DNA of 64,000 nucleotides from Bacterioplanoides sp. (GCF_965200585.1 NZ_OZ241361.1); one strand, 5' to 3'. Positions 19,157 through 29,900 are shown, counted from the stretch's first letter. Notes: a model not told the origin generated them from the letters alone. Numbers and translations are program-made.

Positions 19157-19184
19157 CAAAAAAAGCAGCCGAAGCTGCTTTTTT
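19157..19184. terminator. bidirectional terminator hairpin downstream of the SH3-domain gene
   Basis: aaaaaaagcagc-cgaa-gctgctttttt. Confidence 0.65.
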
Positions 19185-19217
19185 GAACAGGCTTAAATGC
19201 TAAGCCCAACTGCTGTG

Positions 19218-19904
19218 TTAGGCCCAGCCTCCGCCATTGCGCTTGCCGCCGCGGATCGAAGGCAGTAACAATCCAAGAACGATACCACCAATCACCAGGC
19301 CGCCACCATAAATCAGATACGTTTGCTGGCGATCATCGCGCAGCTGAGCGTTCTCTGCGGTGAGTGCTTCGACCTGAATCTCCAGCTCCTGATTACGCTT
19401 TGTCAGCTTTTTGCTTTTTTCATCCAGCGCCAATGCATTAGAAGAAATGGTTTTAATGCGATCCAGTTCTTTTTCCAGTTTATCCTGGCTGCGGCTTAAA
19501 CCTGAACGGTCGCCTTTAAGCCCTTCTACCTGAGCTTCCAACTCTGCTTTTTGGGTTTTGGTGGTTTCCAGCTCCGCCTTCAGTTTTTCCATTTCGCGGT
19601 TGGCCAGAATCAGCTTTTCTTTGGCGATGGGCTCATTAACCAGAAAGCGGGTTAATACCCAGCCTTCCAGGCCCTTATCAGTCTTAACCCGGGTGTAGCC
19701 TTTTTCAGCATCTTCTTCGATAAAAATCAGATGCTCACCACTTTTTAGCGCTTTGAGAATACGAAACTCAGAGCTTGGGCCGCTGCGTAACTGTAACCAC
19801 AGGCTGTCGGCGACATAGCGTTTTTCAACCGCGGCATAGGTGTTTGCAGAGAATGTTGTTAAGGCAAACAGCAGTGTGGTAGCGGTTAACAAAAATTTGT
19901 TCAC
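19218..19904 (-). CDS. bacterial SH3-domain protein with coiled coil and C-terminal TM anchor (YgiM-like)
   Basis: Signal peptide, an SH3b-like segment (LWLQLRSGPSSEFRILKALKSGEHL), a coiled coil, and a C-terminal TM segment. Confidence 0.7.
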   Translation of the reverse strand: MNKFLLTATTLLFALTTFSANTYAAVEKRYVADSLWLQLRSGPSSEFRILKALKSGEHLIFIEEDAEKGYTRVKTDKGLEGWVLTRFLVNEPIAKEKLILANREMEKLKAELETTKTQKAELEAQVEGLKGDRSGLSRSQDKLEKELDRIKTISSNALALDEKSKKLTKRNQELEIQVEALTAENAQLRDDRQQTYLIYGGGLVIGGIVLGLLLPSIRGGKRNGGGWA

Positions 19905-19946
19905 AATGATTTCCTTGCTTTGACTTATTATTGGAGTGTAACGGAA

Positions 19947-20246
19947 TTACGGCAGTACTTTTTTGAACGGCTTAACAATTACTTGCTGATAAACGCCAGC
20001 GGCTACATATGGGTCTGCGTCAGCCCAGCTCTGTGCGCTTTCCAGTGAATCGAACTCGGCAACCACCAAACTACCACTAAAACCGGCTTCGCCTGGGTCA
20101 TTGCTGTCAATCGCCGGATGTGGCCCGGCAATCAGTAAACGGCCGGCATCTTTTAATGCGGTCAGGCGCTCAAGATGAGCGGGGCGTGCGCTCATGCGCT
20201 TTTCTAAACTGTTTTCAATATCCTGACTGATGATGGCATACCACAT
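19947..20246 (-). CDS. yciI: YciI-family protein
   Basis: Close resemblance to E. coli YciI ([15 protein letters not shown]...DPYVAAGVY...VKPFKKV). ATG at 20246 is preferred. Confidence 0.85.
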   Translation of the reverse strand: MWYAIISQDIENSLEKRMSARPAHLERLTALKDAGRLLIAGPHPAIDSNDPGEAGFSGSLVVAEFDSLESAQSWADADPYVAAGVYQQVIVKPFKKVLP

Positions 20247-20371
20247 GTGACTACTGCTCCTGAATTTCACGGTCGCTTAAATGACTGGCTGGATTTACAA
20301 TGAGAAGCATTATGTCGTAAGCCGCTTTCTTAAGCCAATACGCTCAGTCACAAACATGAGCCTAATCAAAT

Positions 20372-21247
20372 ATGGGCTCAGCAAACAGGGGTGTCCACGT
20401 GACCTCAGAATTTGACCTGCATTGCCATACCACCGCTTCCGACGGCAAGCTTGATCCGGCCGATCTGGTGCTGCGTGCCTGTGAGCGGGGTGTCAGAACG
20501 TTAGCCATTACTGACCATGATACCGTGGATGGTTATCGTCAGGCTTTGCCGGTGGCACAACAACAAGGGTTGCGTCTGATTCCCGGGATTGAGTTGTCGA
20601 CGGTGTGGGGAGGCATCAATGTTCATATTGTTGGTCTGAATTTTGATCCTGATAGTGAGGCCATGCGAGAAGCTGAACGTGATCAGCTCGAAGCCCGTAA
20701 GCAACGCTCTGTGATTATTGCCGACAAGCTATCGAAAAAACTGAAACACGAAATCCTTCTCGAAGATGTTCAGGCTTTGGCCGGTGGAGCAGAAGGCAGT
20801 GAGTTGGTTGGCCGTCCACACTTTGCTCAGCATTTAATTAATGAAGGCTTAGTACCGGATATGGCCACTGCCTTTAAAAAGTATCTGGGAGCAGGAAAGG
20901 CCGGGGATGTGAAAGCGAGCTGGCCGGAAACCGAACAGGCGGTGAAGTGGATTGTGGCCGCAGGCGGTACGGCGGTGATGGCACACGCACATATGTACAA
21001 GATGACCCGAACCAAGCTGCGTGCCTGCATGGATGACTTTGTTGATGCTGGTGGCGGTGCCATTGAAGTGGCTTATGGGCTGATGGATCGTGATCAGCAA
21101 GGGCAGATGTGCAGCATTGCCAAAGATTATGGCTTAAAAGGCTCCTGTGGCAGTGATTTTCATGGGCCCAATAAATTTGGCCTGGATTTAGGGGTCATGC
21201 CTCAATTTCCACAAGACATCGAACCTGTGTGGTCCGATTGGAATTAA
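20372..21247 (+). CDS. yciV: PHP-domain phosphoesterase (TrpH/YciV, RNase AM-like)
   Basis: DLHCHTTASDG and AITDHDT motifs; synteny with yciO. Start uncertain. Confidence 0.85.
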   Translation: MGSANRGVHVTSEFDLHCHTTASDGKLDPADLVLRACERGVRTLAITDHDTVDGYRQALPVAQQQGLRLIPGIELSTVWGGINVHIVGLNFDPDSEAMREAERDQLEARKQRSVIIADKLSKKLKHEILLEDVQALAGGAEGSELVGRPHFAQHLINEGLVPDMATAFKKYLGAGKAGDVKASWPETEQAVKWIVAAGGTAVMAHAHMYKMTRTKLRACMDDFVDAGGGAIEVAYGLMDRDQQGQMCSIAKDYGLKGSCGSDFHGPNKFGLDLGVMPQFPQDIEPVWSDWN

Positions 21248-21301
21248 ATTTTTTCGTTATGCAGGCAAATAAGCACTGGGCATAACGTATTGGAGTAATT
21301 A

Positions 21302-21922
21302 ATGAGTCAGTTTTTCCAGATTCACCCGGAAAACCCACAACCACGCCTGATTAAACAAGCGGCTGAAATTCTGCGCAGTGGGGGTATCGCTGTCATCCCG
21401 ACCGATTGTGCCTACGCACTGGCCTGCCGGATTGGTGATAAAAACGCGACCGAAAAGGTACGGCGCTTACGCCAGCTGGATAAACATCATAACTTCACGC
21501 TGATTTGCCGGGATTTATCCGAGTTATCGGATTTTGCCAAAGTCGATAACACGCAATACCGATTATTAAAATCCCATACGCCGGGAGCTTATACTTTTAT
21601 TCTCGAAGCAACTCGTCAGGTGCCACGCCTGTTGATGCATCCGAAAAAACGCACCATTGGCATCCGGGTGCCAGATAATCAGATTGCGATGGATTTAGCG
21701 GCAGAAATGAACGAGCCTCTGATGACTACGTCTTTGATTATGCCGGGTGATGATATGCCAATGTCTGACCCATACGATATTCGCCAGCAGTTGGAACATG
21801 AACTGGACTTGGTGATTGATGGCGGTTATTGCGGCTTTGAAGCCACCACCGTCATTGATATGACGGATGAAGTACCTGAGTTGCTGCGCCAAGGTGTTGG
21901 TGACGCATCGGCGTTTGTTTAA
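21302..21922 (+). CDS. yciO: Sua5/YciO/YrdC-family protein YciO
   Basis: 206 aa, collinear with E. coli YciO as recalled (MSQFF.IHP.NPQ.RLI.QA). Confidence 0.88.
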   Translation: MSQFFQIHPENPQPRLIKQAAEILRSGGIAVIPTDCAYALACRIGDKNATEKVRRLRQLDKHHNFTLICRDLSELSDFAKVDNTQYRLLKSHTPGAYTFILEATRQVPRLLMHPKKRTIGIRVPDNQIAMDLAAEMNEPLMTTSLIMPGDDMPMSDPYDIRQQLEHELDLVIDGGYCGFEATTVIDMTDEVPELLRQGVGDASAFV

Positions 21923-21966
21923 ATCTGAGTGCATTTGATTGATAATGAGCCAGTAGCCATTGGTTA

Positions 21967-22236
21967 CTAGCTCGTATGATGCTCTGCCAGCCAGTCTTTT
22001 AATGCATTATCAATGCGGGTTTGCCAACCTGGGCCTGCTTCTTTAAAGGCTGTTAAGACATCTTCTGATAAGCGAATACTGATTTGTTTTTTTACGGGCG
22101 ATTTTTGTTTACCCCGAACGCCTAAAGACTTTTTCAGTGATTGAGGAAGCACCTCATGCGCGGGCTTAAACATGTGTAAGTCTTCCGCTTCTAATTCTCG
22201 AACTTCTCCATTTGCATCAATGAGTGGCTTTTTCAT
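21967..22236 (-). CDS. brnA: BrnA-family antitoxin (ribbon-helix-helix)
   Basis: ISIRLSEDVLTAFKEAGPGWQTRIDNALKDWL. Overlaps the upstream brnT by 20 nt. Confidence 0.8.
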   Translation of the reverse strand: MKKPLIDANGEVRELEAEDLHMFKPAHEVLPQSLKKSLGVRGKQKSPVKKQISIRLSEDVLTAFKEAGPGWQTRIDNALKDWLAEHHTS

Positions 22237-22519
22237 AATATTTTACCTCTCTGTTATTGGCTTTGCGTAGGCTGATAACACGAATGCCGTGATCTATTTC
22301 TGTAAATACCAAAACGTGTAAGCGGGATTTGATAAAGCCCAGTGCTATGTAACGAACTTCTCCATAATCATGCCGCAAGTCCTGTTTGATTAATGCATTA
22401 TTAAAGTCAAAGAGCAGCGCCTCTCTGAAATCAATGCCTCGCGAGGTTATATTCCTCTGGTTTTTGACCCCATCAAACTCAACCTTCATCTCAATTCCCT
22501 TTGGGATGATCTTAGTCAT
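22217..22519 (-). CDS. brnT: BrnT-family (DUF497) toxin
   Basis: DUF497-like pattern (FDGVKNQRNITSRGIDFREA...IRVISLRKANNREVKYY). An alternative start is at 22489. Confidence 0.8.
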   Translation of the reverse strand: MTKIIPKGIEMKVEFDGVKNQRNITSRGIDFREALLFDFNNALIKQDLRHDYGEVRYIALGFIKSRLHVLVFTEIDHGIRVISLRKANNREVKYYEKATH

Positions 22520-22672
22520 CTGTAAGTTATGTTAGCTTACTTAAATTGTATATACAAAAAAATGCTTAAGTGTTTACTGGGAAACGATCACGTCTAGGTC
22601 TGTATGCCGCTTGTTGAAACAGGTATCATACCGCGCTTTATCTTTGACCATGTTTTTATCGAGTCCGTTTCC

Positions 22673-23692
22673 ATGAGCAAGCAGCGCGTTCTTACCGGCA
22701 TTACCACCACTGGCACACCGCATCTGGGCAACTATGTGGGTGCGATTCGCCCCGCGATTCGTGCCAGTCAGAGTGAGGATGTTGAGTCTTTCTTTTTCCT
22801 GGCCGATTACCATGCCCTGATTAAGTGTCAGGATCCAAAGCTGGTACACCAATCAACCACGGAAATTGCTGCGACCTGGCTGGCACTGGGCTTAGATACC
22901 GACAACACCATGTTCTACCGCCAGTCGGATATTCGTGAGATCCCGGAACTGACCTGGATGCTGAACTGCATTTGTGCCAAAGGCCTGATGAACCGTGCTC
23001 ACGCCTACAAAGGCGCGGTTGATGCAAACCTGGCTGAAAACGAGGATGCTGATAAAGCCATTACCATGGGTCTGTTCAGCTACCCGGTATTAATGGCGGC
23101 CGATATTCTGATGTTTGGTGCTCACAAAGTGCCAGTGGGTAAAGATCAGATTCAACACGTGGAAATGGCACGTGATATGGCGCAGCGTTTTAACCATATT
23201 TATTCCAGCAAAAAGAACCCGCTGTTAACCCTGCCGCAATATGTTGTGGATGACGATGTTGCCATTCTGCAAGGTCTCGATGGCCGTAAAATGAGTAAGA
23301 GCTATGGCAATACCATTCCTCTGTTCCTGACTGAAAAACAACTGCAGAAACACATCAACAAAATCAAGACCAACCTGCTGGAGCCGGGTGAAGCAAAAGA
23401 TCCGGATACCTCCACGGTATTCCAGATCTGGCAAGCCTTCGCTAACGAAGAGCAGGTTGCTGAGATGCGTGAAGATTTTGCCAACGGCATTGGCTGGGGT
23501 GACGCGAAGAAAAAGCTGCTTGCTTTAATTAATGCTGAAATTGGTGAAGCACGCGAAACCTATAATGAGCTGCTGACTCGTCCGCAGGATATCGAAGCGG
23601 AACTGCAAAAAGGCGCTGAAAAAGCTCGCAAGCTAAGCGCCCCTCTGATGGAGCAGGTGCGCGAAGCCGTGGGTATTTTTGGTTTGAAGTAA
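22673..23692 (+). CDS. trpS: tryptophan--tRNA ligase
   Basis: [14 protein letters not shown] (HIGH-type) and KMSKS motifs. ATG at 22673 is preferred; the ORF is open from 22604. Confidence 0.93.
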   Translation: MSKQRVLTGITTTGTPHLGNYVGAIRPAIRASQSEDVESFFFLADYHALIKCQDPKLVHQSTTEIAATWLALGLDTDNTMFYRQSDIREIPELTWMLNCICAKGLMNRAHAYKGAVDANLAENEDADKAITMGLFSYPVLMAADILMFGAHKVPVGKDQIQHVEMARDMAQRFNHIYSSKKNPLLTLPQYVVDDDVAILQGLDGRKMSKSYGNTIPLFLTEKQLQKHINKIKTNLLEPGEAKDPDTSTVFQIWQAFANEEQVAEMREDFANGIGWGDAKKKLLALINAEIGEARETYNELLTRPQDIEAELQKGAEKARKLSAPLMEQVREAVGIFGLK

Positions 23693-23732
23693 AAATTTGA
23701 TAATAAGAGGAGCTATTGCTTCGTAAAATTTA

Positions 23733-23760
23733 AAAAGCCGATCCTGATGATCGGCTTTTT
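23733..23760. terminator. bidirectional terminator (trpS / coiled-coil ORF)
   Basis: aaaaagccgatc-ctgat-gatcggcttttt. Confidence 0.7.
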
Positions 23761-23764
23761 TACT

Positions 23765-24226
23765 TTAGTAGGCACCACGCCAATCATCCGTAGATGAAAA
23801 TGCTACTGAAGAGGGTGAAACATATGTAGAATCTGTATAGTTTGATTTGCAAACTTTACAGCTCCAGTAGCCTTCTCCATTTCCTTGTAATCGTATTAGC
23901 TTTTTATTGTCATCAAAACACTTTTGGCAAAAAGGACCATTCTGATCAGTTTTTTCTCCTAGCCAGTAGTATGGGGAATCCCAAATCATTTTTGATTCGG
24001 TATTCAAACGACTTTCAAGATCTGAAATCTGGTTTTGCTTTTCTAATATTTCAGTTTGTATATTAGCTATCTCAATCTTTGCATCTGCAAGGGAGCTGAT
24101 TAGCTCGGCTAGCTTGAGTTTAAGCTCAGCATCTTGTAGTGATAACTCGCTATTTTTAATTAATTTAGCAAGATCAGTTGCCGTTTTTATACTTCCAAGA
24201 GCTGTTGATATAGACGTTATATCCAT
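23765..24226 (-). CDS. hypothetical protein: N-terminal coiled coil plus C-terminal CxxC...CxxC zinc-ribbon-like module
   Basis: AT-rich ORF. Contains CQKCFDD...CKVCKSNY and a heptad-rich N-terminal half. Confidence 0.6.
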   Translation of the reverse strand: MDITSISTALGSIKTATDLAKLIKNSELSLQDAELKLKLAELISSLADAKIEIANIQTEILEKQNQISDLESRLNTESKMIWDSPYYWLGEKTDQNGPFCQKCFDDNKKLIRLQGNGEGYWSCKVCKSNYTDSTYVSPSSVAFSSTDDWRGAY

Positions 24227-24339
24227 TATTGATACTCCTGTGTCTCGTCATAGATTGTATGAACGATACAATATCATCAATGTTGTGATTCTTGAAAATA
24301 TCGGATCAAGTTATTGAAACTAGATCGTTTATTTACACC

Positions 24340-24702
24340 CTTAACAAAACACTGGTCTCGTAAAGATTTCAGCATTTTTACTAAGCTCTCGTCCTCATTT
24401 AGCTGGTGAGCTGGCAGGCGAATGGTCATTGATGATGTCGGTATTACCGGGGCAGATGATGTTTCATATTATCACCCGGAGAGGATTCTGGCTGGTATTG
24501 AGTGATCGTGAGCCGGTTTGGCTGTCGGCCGGGTGGTGAAACAATTATCAGCAATCTGGCCGATATTATTGTTATCCAGCAGCATAAACAGATACCGCTG
24601 ATCACTCTAGCGCAAGAGCTGGGTTACAGCTCAGAAGCGGCGTTCAGCCGCGCCTTTAAGCGCGTAATGGAAGTGATAACCCGGTATCAGAAGATCGCTT
24701 AA
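24340..24702 (+). pseudogene. decayed AraC/XylS-family regulator (cupin fragment plus terminal HTH fragment)
   Basis: One frame reads AGEWSLMMSVLPGQMMFHIITRRGFWLVLSDREPVWLSAGW-stop, which is cupin-like. A second frame reads PLITLAQELGYSSEAAFSRAFKRV, the AraC HTH tail. Most of the roughly 300-aa gene is missing. Confidence 0.65.
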
Positions 24703-24709
24703 GCCCTGT

Positions 24710-25864
24710 TTAATGTAGCTGGTAGTGCAGCATTAATTGCTGCTTTTTTTGTGGATCAAAATTAATTCGCTTGCCGTCATGCTTAACAAAAGCCAATAGC
24801 CGTTTATCCATTACCCGTCGCCATAGTGGCGGAATTATAGAAATAAACATCATCAATGGATAACCAGCTGGTAACAAAGGCACTTGCTGATGATCTCGTA
24901 AAATCTGATATTCTCGCGTTGCATTAGCATGATGATCTGAATGCCGCTGTAATTGTAGTGTCAGATAATTACTGAATTTATTATTGCAGTTCCATGAGTG
25001 CTGAGGCTGACATTTTTCATAGCGGCCATTTTCTTTCTTTTGTCTTAATAAGCCGTAGTGTTCCAGATAATTTGCCATCGTTAATTGAAAATACCCCATT
25101 GCACAGGCGGCAATTAAAAAGGGTAGTGTGGACCAACCAAAACTGGCGATCATTACCCCGTGTATGACCAGAGTAATCATTGCAGTTTGTAGAATATCGT
25201 TTTTCCAACTCCAGAAGTTAAGTCCCAAACGTTGCAAGCGAAGCGTCTCAAGTTGCATTGCCCGTTTAAAGGTTCCGGGAAGTTCACGTCGGGCAAACTG
25301 GTAAATATTTTCTCCCATGCGGGATGACGCTGGGTCTTCTGGTGTGGATACATGGACATGGTGACCACGGTTATGTTCTATATGGAAATGACAATAACCG
25401 AACATCGCGATGGAGGCTTTTGCGCCCCAGCGCAGTAAAGGAGTAGTGCGATGCCCCAGTTCATGGCTCACACAAAAGACGCCGGCAAACATAGCACCCA
25501 AACCAATCAGAGCGCCCAGCTGGTGATACCAGGGCAAAGAAATAGCGACATAAGTAACGGCAGCAAACGCCAGCCAATATAATGGAATAACGGCAAGCAA
25601 CAGAGCGTTATAAAACCCATTGTTTTGTAACTGCTGTTGTTGCTCGCTATTGGGGTTAATCGTATCTTTGCCTGTCAGCAGATCCAGCAGAGCAATGCCA
25701 AAATAGAAAATAGCCAGCATTCCCCAGAATATAAAACCATGGCTGGTTTGATAAACATACCAGGCTGTTGCTAATGGCAAACACGGCCCAATAATTGTGG
25801 CCAGGTAATAATATTTTTTACGCTCGAACCAGCTGCCGTCAGCTTCTGTCGTCGGGTCAGACAT
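24710..25864 (-). CDS. alkB: alkane 1-monooxygenase (AlkB-type integral-membrane di-iron hydroxylase)
   Basis: His boxes HELGHR, EHNRGHH, LQRHSDHHA, plus NYLEHYGL. The ATG at 25864 has a GAGG SD sequence; the ORF is open to 25912. Confidence 0.9.
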   Translation of the reverse strand: MSDPTTEADGSWFERKKYYYLATIIGPCLPLATAWYVYQTSHGFIFWGMLAIFYFGIALLDLLTGKDTINPNSEQQQQLQNNGFYNALLLAVIPLYWLAFAAVTYVAISLPWYHQLGALIGLGAMFAGVFCVSHELGHRTTPLLRWGAKASIAMFGYCHFHIEHNRGHHVHVSTPEDPASSRMGENIYQFARRELPGTFKRAMQLETLRLQRLGLNFWSWKNDILQTAMITLVIHGVMIASFGWSTLPFLIAACAMGYFQLTMANYLEHYGLLRQKKENGRYEKCQPQHSWNCNNKFSNYLTLQLQRHSDHHANATREYQILRDHQQVPLLPAGYPLMMFISIIPPLWRRVMDKRLLAFVKHDGKRINFDPQKKQQLMLHYQLH

Positions 25865-25901
25865 ATAGATTACCTCAGTTGTTTTATTGTTATTATGAGA
25901 G

Positions 25902-25940
25902 TCTGTGAACACACTCAGAGCATTTGAGCGTGTTCACAGA
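25902..25940. promoter_or_regulatory. 39-bp near-perfect palindrome upstream of alkB
   Basis: tctgtgaacacactca-gagcatt-tgagcgtgttcacaga, with 15 of 16 arm positions complementary. It lies 38-76 nt upstream of the alkB ATG. Confidence 0.5.
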
Positions 25941-26023
25941 TCACATGAACAATAGACCCGGACTGAAGTGAAAGATAGGTCGATAATTGCCACTTATGGC
26001 TGCTAACGGACCCTTGGGGCTGC

Positions 26024-26908
26024 TTATTGGTTATCCTCAAGCGGAGCAATATCCGCTTCGGTTTCAATCGGTATCACTTTAACCACCATGCCCAGCATTG
26101 GGTGATCAATATAGTGCAGCTCATTACTGCGCATACGTCGGCTTTGTTGAATATGAGCAGAACGAATCGGGATAATTTTCTGCTCAGTTAAAGACAGTGA
26201 CTCCTGTGAATACAGCTCTTCGCGATAATCCGTCTGTGCTGACTGCGACGAGGGCAAGTTCAGGGCGGCCAGTTCCGGCGACTCTTCCAACTGATAATGC
26301 TGTACGGTTAAGTCGCTGTTAATGTGCAGATAACGGCTGACGTAAAGTTGTAATGTGCCGCGCAGCTGTATGGTAAACGGGCCGCTCAGTTCAACATCAA
26401 TAGGGTGCTGAATAGCATGCTTTTCATCCTGAATCGGCTCTACCCAGGCTTGATGCCAGATCACCTGCATATCGCGGCGGCGGTTAATTTTTTCTGCTTT
26501 ATCAGCAAACAGTTTATGTTCCAACGGAGTGAGTGCGGTGGGCAAGCTGGCGGTTGGTACCTGTGAGAAGTCAAACTCAGCCAGTGCTTTGGTTTCTTTT
26601 GTGCTGGTGCTGTTTGTCCACCAGTTGTAGTGATCTTCTGCGTCAGCGTATTGCTGATAGACCTCGGCGCTGGGTGGCTGAGTATTGATAGCATCCGGCC
26701 AGAGTTCGTTGTCAATGGTTTCTTCATTCTGATAAGCGACCAGCATCACTTCGACACGGTACCAGGGAGCGGCCTTTAAGCTGCTGGCCTGAACTGGCAT
26801 AGCAACAGCCAGGCTACACACTAAACCAAAAAATAAGCCACAAACAGCGGTCAATAAAGCGCGGTGTGAGTGTGTGCACAAACGATTCAATACAGAAAAA
26901 ATACTCAC
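26024..26908 (-). CDS. exported protein downstream of mfd, possibly CsiV family
   Basis: Signal peptide and a 4-nt overlap with the mfd stop. The CsiV call rests only on my recollection of the mfd-csiV neighbourhood in Vibrio. Confidence 0.45.
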   Translation of the reverse strand: MSIFSVLNRLCTHSHRALLTAVCGLFFGLVCSLAVAMPVQASSLKAAPWYRVEVMLVAYQNEETIDNELWPDAINTQPPSAEVYQQYADAEDHYNWWTNSTSTKETKALAEFDFSQVPTASLPTALTPLEHKLFADKAEKINRRRDMQVIWHQAWVEPIQDEKHAIQHPIDVELSGPFTIQLRGTLQLYVSRYLHINSDLTVQHYQLEESPELAALNLPSSQSAQTDYREELYSQESLSLTEQKIIPIRSAHIQQSRRMRSNELHYIDHPMLGMVVKVIPIETEADIAPLEDNQ

Positions 26909-29900
26909 GAATTAGGGTCCTTTTGTAGCTCGGTCACCACCTGATCGATGATATTAAAGCGTTGGTCGATGGTTCGCATATTAAAGAAAAAGCGCAAGGT
27001 GTGCCCACCTTCGAGCTTGTAACTGGCGGGTTGGGTTTGTACCAGTTTGACCAGTGTGAATGGGTCGATCTGTGTTTCGGCGGCAAACTCAATACGGCCG
27101 GATTCTTCGGCGGCATCCAGTTTGGCAATGCCGAGCGGGGTTAACTTTAATTTTAATCCGGTTTGGCGGAATAAATTTTTCACCGCGTCGGGTAGTAACC
27201 CAAAGCGGTCAATCATTTCGATTTGTAAGTCTTTTAATTCAGCTTCGTCACGCGCGCTGGCAATTCGTTTATACAAGGTTAAACGGCCATTTACATCGAG
27301 CAAATAATCGGCCGGAATTAAGGCCGGAACGTGTAGGTTAACTTCAGTGCCTTGGTTCAGCACCAGATCATCACCCGGTTGTTTGCCGGATTTAATGGCA
27401 TTAACCGCTTGTTCCAGCATTTCCATATACAAGGTAAAACCAATGGTTTCGATCTGGCCGCTTTGTTCGTCACCCAATAATTCACCGGCACCACGGATCT
27501 CAAGGTCGTGGGTGGCCAGCATAAAGCCTGCGCCCAGATCCTGAGCAGAAGAAATCGCCTCCAGGCGTTTCTCGGCATCTTTGGTCATGGTTTTTGGTGG
27601 CGGCGTTAATAAGTAGGCATAAGCCTGGTGATGGGAACGACCCACACGGCCACGTAATTGGTGCAACTGAGCTAAACCAAATTTATCGGCACGCTCGATA
27701 ATCATGGTGTTGGCGGATGGAATATCAATACCGGTTTCGACGATGGTGGTACACACCAGTACGTTGGCGCGTTTATGGTAGAAGTCGCTCATCACGCCTT
27801 CTAATTCGCGCTCGGTCATCTGGCCATGAGCAAAGGCAATACGTGCTTCGGGAATTTTTTCACCCAGTTCGCGCGCCACCTTCTCAATGCTTTTTACTTC
27901 GTTGTGCAGGTAATACACCTGACCACCACGTAAAATTTCCCGCAGAATGGCTTCTTTAATGGTGGCATCGTCGTGTTGGCGAATAAAGGTTTTAACACTT
28001 AAACGCTTAGCTGGTGGCGTGGCAATAATGGATAAATCACGAATGCTGGCCATGGCCATATTCAGCGTACGCGGAATCGGGGTGGCGGTGAGGGTAAGAA
28101 TATCGACGTTGGAACGCAGTGATTTAATGCGCTCTTTTTGTGTCACACCAAAACGGTGTTCTTCGTCGATAATTAATAATCCCAGCTGGTCAAACTTCAC
28201 ATCTTTTTGCAGCAATTTATGGGTGCCGACCACGATGTCAGTTTGGCCTTCTAACATTTTATCCAGCGAGGCCTGAGTTTCTTTCGCCGATTTAAAGCGT
28301 GATAACACATCTACTTTTACTGGCCATTCGGCAAAGCGGTCAGCAAAGTTTTGATAATGCTGTTGCGCCAGCAAGGTGGTCGGCACTAATACCGCTACTT
28401 GTTTACCACTTTGTACTGCCATAAACGCCGCGCGCATGGCCACTTCGGTTTTACCAAAGCCCACATCACCACAAACCAAGCGATCCATGGGTCGCTTGGC
28501 GGTCATGTCGCCAATCACGGCTTCAATAGCGGCTTGTTGATCAGGAGTTTCCTCAAATGGGAAGCCAGCAGAGAAGCGCGCGTAGTCGTCATCGGGTTTA
28601 TCAAATGCAAAGCCTTTTTTCGCTTCACGGCGAGCATAAATATCCAGCAGTTCCGCTGCGGTATCACGAATTTTTTCCGCCGCTTTACGCTTCGCCGCTG
28701 CCCATTTTTCGCTGCCTAATTTATTTAATGGTGCCGTGCTTTCATCACCGCCGCCATAACGAGAAATTAAATGCAGCGATGACACCGGAACGTATAATTT
28801 AGATCCGGTGGCGTATTCCAACATTAAAAACTCGTTGACCTGACCGCCTGCGTCCAGCGTCTCTAGCCCTAAATAACGGCCAACCCCATGATCCAGATGC
28901 ACCACCGGAGAGCCCGGTTGTAATTCGGATAAATCGCGGATCATTAAATCCGCATCCGTCGTCTTTTTACTACGACGGCGGCGTTGCTGAATCCGCTGAC
29001 CGAATAATTCATTTTCGGTGATGATCACCAGTTGATCGCTGGTCAGCTGAACACTGCGCTCAAGCGGGCCGATAATAATGCCAGGAATATTGTCGCTGCT
29101 TGATAATGTCAGAAACTCACCCCAGCTCTCCACTTCTTGCGGGCGAATATCAATACGGCGTAATAAATCTTTTAAAGCTTCACGACGGCCTGCGGATTCG
29201 GCACAAAATAAAACCCGCTGCTGTTGGCCTTGATCCTGCAGCCAGGTTTGTAAGCGCTGTGAGGGTTGCTCCAGACGGGAATCAACACTGATATCGACCA
29301 TCGCTTCCGTGGCATAAGCAGTTGCTCCGGCACGGCTGGGCAGTTCATTGTCGTGCCATTGAGCACGGGGATACTGATTTAAGCGGCTGAAGAGCTGATC
29401 GGCGGCCAGGAATAAATGGCTTGGAGCCAGAATTGGACGCTGAATATCGTAGCGGCGACTTTCGTAACGCTCTTCCACATCGTTGCGGAAATGATCAACG
29501 GAGGTCTCTAATTCGCTATCGTGAATGACCAGGGTATTTTTCGGTAGATGATCGAAAAAATCGCCTAAATCATCTTCAAAAAACAGCGGTAAGTAATATT
29601 CGATACCGGCCGGAGCAATGCCACCGGCAATGTCGGTATACAATGGGCACTGTTTGCCGTCTTGTTCAAAAAAGTCGTACCAGCGACCTTTAAAAGTACG
29701 AATTGCGCTGGTATTTAGCGGGAATTCCCGGGCGGGCAAAATACGGATCGAATCGACTTTATCGACGGTGCGTTGGCTATCCGGCTCGAAGGTGCGCAAG
29801 GTTTCGATTTCATCGTCGAATAACTCAATACGAAACGGCATCTCCTGACCCATCGGGAAGATGTCCATAATGGCACCACGCACGGCAAACTCACCGTGCT

